A DNA stretch of 50,686 bases, the filler included, from Sphacelaria rigidula (taxonomy: Eukaryota): assembly GCA_964200075.2 (NCBI GenBank). It is 3 parts of 3 records of this genome, joined end to end, with 100 filler letters (N's around TTAATTAATTAA, not from the genome) between each part and the next. Parts side by side here need not be neighbours in the genome. Positions count along the whole stretch, not along the records: positions 1 to 16,835 come from CAXNAA020001243.1; 2 more parts are not named here. One strand, written 5' to 3'. A program made the translations under genes and the position numbers. The notes beneath the pieces were generated by a model, which was given only the letters and a program-made list of their open reading frames with translations, made no database searches and had not been told where the DNA came from. The stretch's first letter is position 1, and each line of letters begins with the position of its first letter. Shown here piece by piece: positions 1 to 10,800 of the stretch.

Positions 1-160
1 GGTATCCAAGCAACTTTTGCGTCATTCCACGTGTCTGGGCTTCGTGTACCTGGGTTGCAACGGTGAAAATAAAGCCTAGGGATTGATTCGTACGAGTCGA
101 ATCTATCATACTAAAACCAGGTAATTTCCAGACGAATCATTGATTTGTCCGACCCTTGGA
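1..160 (+). mobile_element. Decayed coding repeat, copy 1 (unclassified)
   Basis: cctgggttgcaacggtgaaaataaagcctagggattgattcgtacg aligns with the reverse complement of 10351-10396. The translation PGLQR*K*SLGIDSYESN matches PGLQGWKQSRRIDSYGTN. Confidence 0.6.
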
Positions 161-200
161 GAATTCCCACAAAAGTGAAGATTCCTCATCGCTTCCCACC

Positions 201-630
201 GGTGACTCATACGGCATGAGTCGGACGTACATCTATCTCACTTGCCATTTCGAAGGGAACTGATAGATCGTACGTGTTTCCCCGTTGTCACTCGTACGGC
301 ATGGATCATGCGTGCATCATGTTTCCCAGTTGTCACTAATACGGCATGAATCACGCGTACATGTTTCATGGTCCTAATCTGTCATGCATACGGCATGCAC
401 TATGAGTACACATTTTTCACTTGCCATTCTTGCGGGATAATCAACATTTTCCCCACCAGAGATTCGTACAAGAAGTGTGATTCGTACATCTTATGCACTC
501 TTTATTCGTGTGACACTACGTGGAGCGTACATAATTCCGTCCGTGATTTGTGGGATACCATCTCGAACATACAATTTTTTCGTCCGTGTTTCATTCGTGA
601 TGACTCTTTGGTGCATGAACCAGACTTTAC
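201..630 (+). repeat. Degenerate ~45-50-bp tandem array with core TACGGCATG
   Basis: Four clear units near 201, 287, 332 and 381 (gtSac..tacggcatg..cgtacat), plus weaker units further downstream. Confidence 0.7.
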
Positions 631-1048
631 CCAGTACACTTTTTGTTGTCGTTGTTGTCTCTAGCCCTGGTGGGAAAGATTCCAAGGAAACCACGCATTG
701 TCAAGACTCCTTCGGTGGGGAGGGTCTTGTTGTGCAGTTGAGCCACATCTCTGCGACACATACCTGAATGCATCGCTTCGTGTCCGCCACGTTATCTTCC
801 CATTCCAGCAAAAACAATTTGCCAATAGCCCATCTTTTTTCAAGAGGAGTTGCGCGCGATGTGCCGCATCGGGTACCGTGAAGGGATCGACGGCCTAGCA
901 CCGGTGCGTCGTCGGCCGATCGGTGGCCCAGATAAGGTACGATTGAAAAAAAAATCTAGATGAGGCAAATCTAGCCGAAATTTGGCCTAAGTAGGGTTGA
1001 CGATTTCTGGAGGCGAAACGTCTGTTTTCGCGTGGCCATATCTCGCGA

Positions 1049-1081
<33 letters not shown>

Positions 1082-1099
1082 TATTATAATTATTATTAT
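1049..1099 (+). repeat. (TTA)n microsatellite
   Basis: About 16 TTA/ATT units with two interruptions. Confidence 0.95.
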
Positions 1100-4097
1100 A
1101 TCCGTCACATTAGCTCGATCTCTCGAATCTGTGGTCACAGAGTGCAAGGAGCATACCACCAATGTACCCATAGGCCAAACAGCCCGCAGAAGAAGGCAAC
1201 GTGACTTTTTTCCGTTTTTTTTTCCGGGCCCAGGGTGCCAATGCCCCCCTCTCCCTCAGAATCATGTGCGTGAGAAATTCGGAGCGGACACAGTCAAAAT
1301 GGCGTGTTTTGCTGTTTGTTCATGGGCAAATAACGAGAAGGTACACCTTTTCAAGGCCCTTGTCCGAAAATATCTTCTGAAAAAACCTAGCGGCAGGGGG
1401 AACACGCTTCAGAACCTTTTTTTTTTGCATGGAGAGGGAGTACTCGTAGCATCGCGGCGAAAACTTGCAGCGTTTCTTTCTGGAATGTTTTTTTCAATTG
1501 CATTTTGGTCTGATCAACACAAATACTCGTCATATGGGATCGGATCACGGTCCCAAGACTCATTGTGCTGCTCCAGAACGCGTGTCAGTACATTAGAGAG
1601 CTGACTCCAATCCTCGTGCGTGTGGGGTTGTGGGTTGTGGGGATACAGGCTGTGGTACAGCCACAAAATAGCAGAGCCAAAATCGAGATGTGGGCCAATG
1701 AAATTTTGGAAAATAAGTCAACCAGCAGAAAGTGTCGACATCCCTGTAGGAAGTAGACCACAGTAGATACCAGAAGTAAACTATATAGTAGATACGACCT
1801 GGACATTTTTCATGTTCTCATGCCTCCATACAAGGTCTGAGCTGAATTTGACTTGACTGCACCGTTTTTCATGCAACAAGTGCAATAGCGTACGAAGCAC
1901 CTGCAGGAGCCCACCCTCTATAACCCATTTAGACGTCTGATTGTAGTATTTCCTACGGTGTGGGGGTGGGAGGTTGTCAACAGTAAATATGCATCAACAG
2001 GGGCGGGGAGAGGGGGGGAGGTTCCAGTTCGCCCAGAGAGCAGGGAAAGATTCCCTTCTAAGTAGCAGATAACCGATACCCCCTCCCCCTCCGCGCGCGC
2101 AAATTTCACCTCGTACAGACAGTATGCGTACAACAAGATACGGTCATCACTGGTGAACCAAGGCGCCGAGTGTATTGGACAAGCGACTGTGGGCTGTGAC
2201 AGACGATGCAGTAGATATGATGAGAACCTCTGCCAGCACTCGGGGTGCTTGGTTTTTACAGCTCGGACAATTCCTAAATTTGTGAGGTCGCCATACATAG
2301 TTAAGTGGAGCATCAGCAGTCGGTCGGTGTTTTCAAAATTCGCGAAGAGTGTATGAGCTGTGGGTTGGCTACATTCTACTGCACGCTGCTGTAGTGCTGA
2401 AGCATCTCGGTTCTGTCAACCACTGTGTTTAACTGCACCGTCCCTACAGCAGTAGACGAGGCCTGTACGTTATTCCAATCACGATCGCGTACTGCACAGA
2501 ATTCCGTACAGCTTCCCTTGAGCGTACGAGTAAGTCAATCTCATCGCGGTTCTGGAAGCAGTGGCATCAGAAACGGCGCAGATCCTGTCGTCTACCGCTT
2601 GTACGATACTTGTAACTGTCATGAATTCTCATTTCTGAATTGTCTCGCGCCCCTGAGCACACCATGTCGTGAATGTACTGGCACGTGCACAAAAAGTGGA
2701 CGGGCAGACGGTTGGCGAGCACCCCATCAACTGTCTGCACTCTTGAATGATCACGATGAGGACATGAGATGTGCGGCAAGTGTCGAACGCCAACTATTGG
2801 GGTAGGGGGTAGGGGGTGGGGGGTGGGGGCGCGCAAGTGATTGCGGCGGCAGCCTGCCTGTGCGCACGACACGACAGTAGGTCGAGTACTTCACTATTCG
2901 TTCTCGAAGAAGCAACAGCGCTTGCCCTGGAGGGAGCCGCGCAACCTCGATTTCTCCAAAAGTGCGGGGTCCATAGGACTGAAAAAGTCAATCCTCGAAA
3001 AGATTTCCATGGGATGTTTCAGTCAATAACGTTGGGGATGCAAGACCTTGCTGCTCCAGAAAATTGAAGCCAAAATAATTCCACCACCCAGGGGGGTGTT
3101 AAAGGCGTGTGTGGCTCTTTCGACTTACCGCCAGAGGAATTTCAATCTGTTGCTTGAAAGAAGAGTCCTCCGCGCTCGTTCCGCTGCTTTCTTCATTCCC
3201 AGCTTGAACATTTTTCAACGCGGAGTCTACCGCGTGCGCCTCGAGGCTTCTTGTCAACCCCCACATGGCCGTGCTATCTATGAGGCACTGAGTAACGACT
3301 GCAGAATCCACTTTGTGACTTTCGTTTTGTTTTTTATCACGTACACAGAGTATATGATTTCTTGTTCAGACCCGTAGTTGGGAGATTGTTGGCCTACAGT
3401 AGTCATGAGTTATAACCGGGGCCGATTTTGCGCGCGATATTTCGAGGAATGTGCCCACCGACCACCGTCAATATCGCACCCTTAATTAACACAGCAAGGC
3501 ACACTGCAGCTCCTGTGCTGCTCGCTACTGCGTGCTGAGGGTGATGCTTTCTACCCACCAAGGTCCACCTGCCATTTTCCCACCATCTCTGGTTTTCAAA
3601 TTATAGTAGTACATGCACAATAATAGATACCCCCATGCATCAACCAGAATTCGGTTCATAAACTTTTTCGCACGGCTTATACTACATGAAGCCATCCCCG
3701 CAGGTGCCGGATAATGTTTATTCCTCTCGTCTCATGACTCATGACCATAATAGTAATATCATTTTAGTTGGGGACCAATTTTTCTCGATCTTCTCATTCC
3801 GTGATTATTTCCCTCCCGTTCCAATCATTTTCTTGTTTTGAATTGTGTCGACTCTTGACATTTTTTTTTTGTATAATTGAGTCACATGCCACGGTGGGGG
3901 TTGGACATTTTGGGCCCAGATATTTGTTCATAATAGGTGGTGAACCAAAAGTCAACCTCCAGAGAATCGGAGAAATGATCTGGTATGCATAGCTAGACGA
4001 AAAGCATTGCCCAACGGACTGGGGTCCGAAAAATCAATCCACTCACGGGAGAAAATCGCCTGAAGACGGGCTGAAATCCTCAGATCTGTACGAATCG

Positions 4098-4236
4098 AGA
4101 TTGGTTGCCATGAAATTTGGTCGAAACATTGTAAAAACCGGAAAGTATTGCGCTTTGCGGGATTTGTATTTTTGCTTCTGCTCCTTGCCCGCTCTGTCCC
4201 GATGACCTCGGATGCCGACCACGCTCACATACATGT
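4098..4236 (+). repeat. Dispersed direct repeat, copy 1
   Basis: Shares tctgtcccgatgacctcggatgccg and flanking similarity with 5243-5387. Confidence 0.75.
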
Positions 4237-5242
4237 CGTGATGGAGCTCAGAGGCGTTGCAAGCTTTGATTAATATTTCTCTGCGATACCAAGATTTGTA
4301 GAGCTCGGAAATGGTTTGTCTGACCATTACCACTTGAATGGTTATGCGTAGCGCACTCATTAGCCAGTAGAATGGTACACAGTAATGGTTTGGTCATCAT
4401 CAAGCGGCGAAGCCGCGAGCCAAAAAGCCCCCTCCCGGCAGTGGGGGCCCCGCCGGAGGCGCCGTGCCGGGGGCGCATTTTCCCGCGACTTGACATCACT
4501 AGAGAGCTGAAAAAGTACGTCATGGTGTGGTGAAGATCCACCTCTTGCCACATATACTACGCATGACAGGGGGCTGCGCACAAACGATTTTCTGTAGTAG
4601 GCAAGAAGCGGATACCAAAAATATACCGAAGACGAATCACGGGATCTCATGAAATGGTGTTCAATGGGAGATGATCATTCGGCCTTCCCGCGTTGACGTC
4701 AGATACCTCTTGAAGAGATCCCCAAAAGGGCACGCGCGGCATAGGTAGTGTCACTATTCTCGCATGTTAACTGTTGCACGAATTTCATCATCTATCGCCC
4801 ACGAACCTCATTCATGTCATCTCCTTTATTGTCGATCATGGATCATGGATTTGTGTGGTACGTGGGGGTCGGAACCTTGGGATACCTGCAGCGTGGGATT
4901 TTTCAAGCTGTGTCCGATCCGTAGCTAGTGGACTACTCGGTTTCCCACTTCGAGATATTCACAGAGCGTGACGCACGCCTCTGTTGAGGTGTCCATTTGT
5001 AAACAGCATTGCAAAAAACTTGAGCTATTTCGTTCAGTAACGGTCCCTGACTACCATTATTATTGTAATTTGTGTCATACGTCGTGTCATTGCACAACCA
5101 CACCACTTGTACGCGCTACGAGTACTCTTGCGAACTTACCTCATGAGCAAGGTGCTGCGCGAAGATTTCGGATACGGAGCCCCCCGTCTCCCGGAGGACA
5201 TTTTTACGAAAATTGTCAGGATTTTTCCCCCTTTTTCTGTTG

Positions 5243-5387
5243 ATTCTGTTGTAAGAAATTGATGAATGAACACTGACGAGAACCGAAAAGTCTGGTGGGC
5301 TTTGCGGGGTTTGTACATGTGCTTCTGCTCGTTGTTACCCGTTCTGTCCCGATGACCTCGGATGCCGGCCACGCTCGCCCACATGTT
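5243..5387 (+). repeat. Dispersed direct repeat, copy 2
   Basis: Same-orientation homolog of 4098-4236. Confidence 0.75.
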
Positions 5388-6173
5388 TCCACACGAGCGC
5401 GCGGTAGCGACAGCCTGTAGCCACAGTAGCGTCATTATCTCATGCCTCGCCAGACTTGCCCGGACTACTGGTAGGTACTCGAGGCACACATGGAACATGA
5501 TCCCATAAATGTACCATGGTGAGTGATAGACTTGGGGAGGGCGATGTGGACGCCATCTCATCGGTTTCCGTGCCAAAGATCTCTGTACACCGCAGCTAAG
5601 GGCATCCGCCAACGATCGACGATAAGTTAGGGGACAGGAGGCCGCCCCCCCCCCGCCGTAATCACTCGAATTTTCCATCTTGGAGCCGCCCTGATCAAAA
5701 TAACTCATCTTTCACCATACGTTTACATTTCGAGAAAGTAGGAAGTGTTGTAAGTGGTGTGGCCACTGAAACGATTCGAGCTGCGAGCAACAACAATACA
5801 TTGGCAGCTATTATGGTTGCTATTTTTAAATTTAGGAAACCAAGTCGGTTGCAGAGCTCTGTAGGTCAGTTCACCTCGAAAGTAGACTGCATCACGCACC
5901 GTGAAGACCTCGAATGAACGGACACACGGAGGAGTCCCGCGGGTGCACATCAGACACGATTTTACCAGATTCCACTGTGCAGGTGCGCCAATGCTCAGGG
6001 CCTCACGTACCACAGACAAGGGAAAATACTCTTCTTCACCAGACCACGGTAGATGCTTCTGGTCAAGGCTGTTGGAATGTCATTCAATGGAACGAAGGCT
6101 AGCGTTTCAACCGGTGCCCGTTCTCTAGGGATACCATTTCCGTTGTCGACGGTCCGGCTGAACAGTTGCTTAA

Positions 6174-6271
6174 CCCTTGGACCGCGAGATTAGTCTTTCT
6201 GGATCATGCACACTATTTTTCACTTCAAATTGATGCCGATTCAGAAGAAGACGAACCTCGCGGTCCAAGGG
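6174..6271. mobile_element. 98-bp piggyBac-type MITE
   Basis: TTAA-CCCTTGGACCGCGAG ... CTCGCGGTCCAAGGG-TTAA: perfect 15-bp TIRs starting CCC and a TTAA TSD (6170-6173, 6272-6275). Confidence 0.9.
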
Positions 6272-7877
6272 TTAAACGAATAAATGCAGGAGAAAACATC
6301 TCATGAGTGTGCCTCGAGTGCTGGAAACAGCCAACACCAAACACGAGAAAAAAAAAACGGCGGCTCCTCCCCGTATGTATGGTTCGGATATAAAACGACG
6401 GCAATGAAAAGGAATCGGTCACACATTCAAGGCAACGAAAATGGGTTTCCGCGAGGAACGAAGATTAACAGGACAAACCCCTCTCATCGTTTGGTACGTC
6501 GACCCGTGCAGTTCCCCTACTCGGCCCCTCCAGGATCACCTCCCACCATCAGTACGTGATCAACGATCTTTCTTTCTACAGCCACATACGTCATGCGGAG
6601 CGCCATTTTCTAATGTTGGTGGCCGTGTTTGTTATCCCCGTCATTCCATCTCGGACTACGCGGCTTGGTGACAACGGGCCCTGGACTTCCGGAACAGGGC
6701 AAATAACCGCATTTTCGTGAGATTGAGACAAGAAGATACGATTGAGAGGGGGGACCGGTGGATTACTGCGTGGGCAGTTCTAGTTCCGAAATACCCCTCC
6801 TCCATTACGCCCGATATGCTTTCTGCAGTTTATTGCTACCGAAGCTCTCGATATCCCTGCGGGGATATCGATGTGCAGCTGTAAGTACACGCCAGGGTAA
6901 CAGGCAAAGAAGAACACACGCAGAATGAGAAATTGGTCAAGTTGAAAAAAGATGATCCAATTCACTCTCCATCTCACGAAGACATTACTTGATGTAAGAA
7001 ACAACGACCAACACCTTGGCGACATATAGTCGAAAGTTGGAGATGAAAAATGTACGAAGTCAAGTATGGCCCTAGACTTTGCGCAGTACGATCTTTTACT
7101 TCAGTACAATCTTTTGCGTGTGGTGGCGAACATACCAGCGAGCATTGAAACAAAAAAGTGGCAGAATATTGTCCTTTTTTAGGGGATGTAAAAACGGGTC
7201 CAATTTGATATGCACGGGGGAAATAGGCTGCTCCAGATTTCGCCCTCACGCTCGGCAGAAATCATTTCTCTCCCAATGACGGCAATTAACCAAGTTTGCG
7301 ACTAGCGGTTCATAGGGTGGGGTAAGGGTATGATAGTTGTAAATCCGAGCAGCTTTCAAACTCATCTTTCCCTGAGGGAGACCATCAGTTTCAGCGTATG
7401 TTTGTTGGGATCATGTTCATCGAGTAAACTAACTTCTAGCGTTCTTAGGCTTTGGACATGACTCGAAAAGAATAATTAGAAAAAAAGTACGACTTCCTCT
7501 ACGCGCATCGTGTTTGCCGTTGCAGCAATCTGGGTTTGCCACACAAGCTGAAGACCACCTTACGTCGAAACTAAAGTTGGGCGTTGCGTTGAAATTTCTC
7601 GGAAGCGCACCAAATGATCTTGTCTCATCCTTCCATCACACAAACCAAATTTCTACTACCGCAAGAAGTGAGCAGACTGGCCTCTCCCTCATTGTGACCA
7701 CCGCAACCCCTTGCCGCGAGAGTTTCCCTCACCAGAGAGGGAGCAGTACGATTCGGCAAGTTGAAAAATGTAGATCTCACAAACGTCACGACGGCTAGCG
7801 GGGAAAAAAACGGCTCCGCTACCACGCTAATTTTCAACCAAAACACCTCAACCAATGGGCTGTGGTAAAAAGTAGGA

Positions 7878-10800
7878 CTAGGAGATCTTGGGCCTGCATC
7901 CGTCCATCCACTTACGGCGCGCGATCTCGTCATCTACCCAATCCTCAAGACCCTCGTACTTCTTGTACAGATCGTCCAGGGTCGTCTGTGTTGGCGCCAA
8001 GTCGAACATTTGAGGAGGGGAAGAGAAGAAAAATACGGGCGGAGGTCGGTGGAGGCGACGAAAACATGACGCGGGGCAGGGGAAGGTTACTACTCATTTG
8101 TGACTCGATCAATCTTTGAACCATTGACTACGCATCCCTTTCAAGAGGGAGCACCGTTCCTAATCCTCATGTGACATTTGGGTGCTCACCAACTTTTTCC
8201 TATACACTACACATAATGCACAATCTCATCCTGGTTCCTGTTTACCCATCTGTAGTGACCGTCATCTCCCACCAAGTGTGGCGATTGTCTTCTCGCTACG
8301 GTCGAACGCATCAAAAGATTTCATGCCACCTTCGCTTACTTCCAACTTTTCCTAATCCAACACGTTCTATTCCTCCTTGGGTAGTTAAGACTGAGTTCTA
8401 CTTCCTATAGCTCCACCACACGAAGAGTGCGCGCGGGGAGGGGTAACCAAAAATATCGAATGACATAGTACAGACACGACGAAACCGCGTGTAAGGTCAA
8501 TATAACAGAGTCAGACGGGACGTCATCGTGTTCCACAGTAGAAACAAAAGGTGTTTCATCAATCATATACTGTTGATCGTGATAGTGCGTGAGCGCGACT
8601 AGGGGGTGCCAAACACAGGAAAACTGCTAAAGGACATGCGTCAGCACTGAAGCAGGTCCACCATGTACGAGACACCACAATCCAGCAGACCGAGTATCGC
8701 ACTGTACTTTAGTCTTCCACAGTGCACCACAGCAGAAAATTCAGTATTGTTGAATGTACAGTACCTTCTAATCTTATGTTACGCTCATGTATTTGGTGAC
8801 ATGCGTCTTGATACCCGCACTACTTCGATATATTACTGATATCGTCATAGGTCAGCATCACCACACCCATGAATGTTTTATGAATAGACGAAACAAGACT
8901 CGACTGTGTCGACACTACACGACGATACTGATTATGTGGAAGACACTAACGTCGACAATCGACCTCATGCGTACTGGACGCCCCTGGGACTCACGTATTT
9001 GTGGGTCATGTTGTCCCTGAGGTACTGCACCCTTTCCGTCAGGTCCGCCACGGCCTTCGTGGAGTTCTCCACGACCTCATCAGCCTTCACGAACTGTAAA
9101 ACAGCCGAACACATGACACAAGGCGCCGTGAGGGGTGGAGAAAATTGAATTACAAACGAAAATCATCTTGGGGACTGAGATTTACACAACGAAAAGTTTT
9201 CTGAACAGATCATGAGATATTCAACAAAAAAATTCAACAGAAGACAGTTCATCACGCATCCATCTTGAAACGGAGCGCATTCGCTGTGGGGGTGGGGGGT
9301 AGGTGGGGGGAAAGGCCAACTCATTGGTTGCGTGACTTGGTCGTTCGACCATTGACCACGCATCTCTTCCGTAACGGAGCAGCAATCAAAAGAGTTGCGT
9401 GGTCAATGGTCAAAGAATTGAGGCTAGCAACGGATGAGTATGCCCTCCCCCTCCCCCTCCCCACAGCGAATGGGGGGTGGGGGTGGGGGGGAGGGAGGAC
9501 ATTTTCAAGTATTGGTCTGGAGTGATCTTGAGGAATGACTCTTCCAAACCAGAAAACACGAGATGTGACCCGCATATAGAGTATTTGTACATGTCAACCG
9601 GAATGTCGTGGAGAAAAGAAAAAAACTAAAGCAAATTGTCTCAGCTTTTACACGCCTTTGATATTGCCGAAGGCAAGACCAGCATTCAGAGGCTTGGGCA
9701 AAGACTACGCTCGGGATAATTGCGCATGTATCAGTATCCTTCAAGTTTGGGCGGGCACGGTGTGGGACCGCAGCTGTTCGACAAGCACTCTCGGCACACA
9801 TATATTCCGACAATTAGATAGTGACTGGGCGAAGGTTTCTGCGTGATGAAATAATCATGTATATTAAATGAATTGATTATTTGAAGATTGTTTGGATGGA
9901 TGGATGGTTGATTTTATTCTTTGCATTAGGGAAAGACTATATACGGCTGCTTCACCGAAAATACGCCAAATGTGAAAACAAAAACTCCACACAAATGACG
10001 CAGGTGAAGACCCAAGTATTTTCAATACACTCGTCAGTATACAGAGGGACGCGTGGCGTTGCCTCATCTTTGAAGCCCGCTCATGATTGAGCGCATGCGG
10101 CGCGCGGAACAGGGGGTCTGAGATATATCGAGTCTAACGTGATGGTGATTACGGATCCTCATTACGCCACTCTTCCTGGGGTATGGTCGTAGATGCACAT
10201 ATTTTTTGCGTCTCACGTGCGCCGCTAAGAGTCAAACGGAAAGTCACGATGAGGCCGGTAGCAATTCGTATATTACACAATACTTCCGAGAGTCGGAGCG
10301 AATGATGGTCCGTCCAAAAAAATATTTCTTCTGAAGAAGTTGATTCGTACCGTACGAATCAATCCTTCGGCTTTGCTTCCAGCCTTGCAGCCCGGGCAAG
10401 TTCACCCTCAGGCGCGTGGAATAGCGCAAAATCTGAGTGTGGATTGTTTCCGACCCGCGGTCGAAGCTCTTCTCCACTTCGACCGATCACACGTCGGGAA
10501 TGGTAGATTTGGTTATTCGAAACGGCACTGACTCGTCCGATTCTCGCGGGAGTTGAGAATACACCCTGGCATGACGCAAGAGAGGCCGGGGGATAAGCAG
10601 ATTTATGCACGGTCGCGAGAGTCGGGTTTGCCCGCGACAACAACACCCCTTGGTCTACAATCTCGGGAACATTTCTCATCCTTGCTATATTTTTCCAGGT
10701 CCGTTAGTGCGACTCAGCGAACAATATCCCACACGTTCAACAGGTCATGAGCTACTTGAAATGAATAATCGAACAGGACTCGCAGATCCTGTCCACGAAC

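Noticed and set aside
1032-1604. 190-aa ORF with a poly-Leu/Ile 'signal peptide'
   Set aside because: The hydrophobic run is just the (TTA)n microsatellite and the remainder has no protein-like character.
2799-2829. G-quadruplex-capable (GGGGGT/A)n tract
   Set aside because: Similar G/C runs are scattered through the window and there is no evidence of a specific function.
6848-6871. 10-bp-stem hairpin tcgatatccc-tgcg-gggatatcga as a Helitron 3' end
   Set aside because: No CTRR terminus at the expected distance and no second copy to define boundaries.
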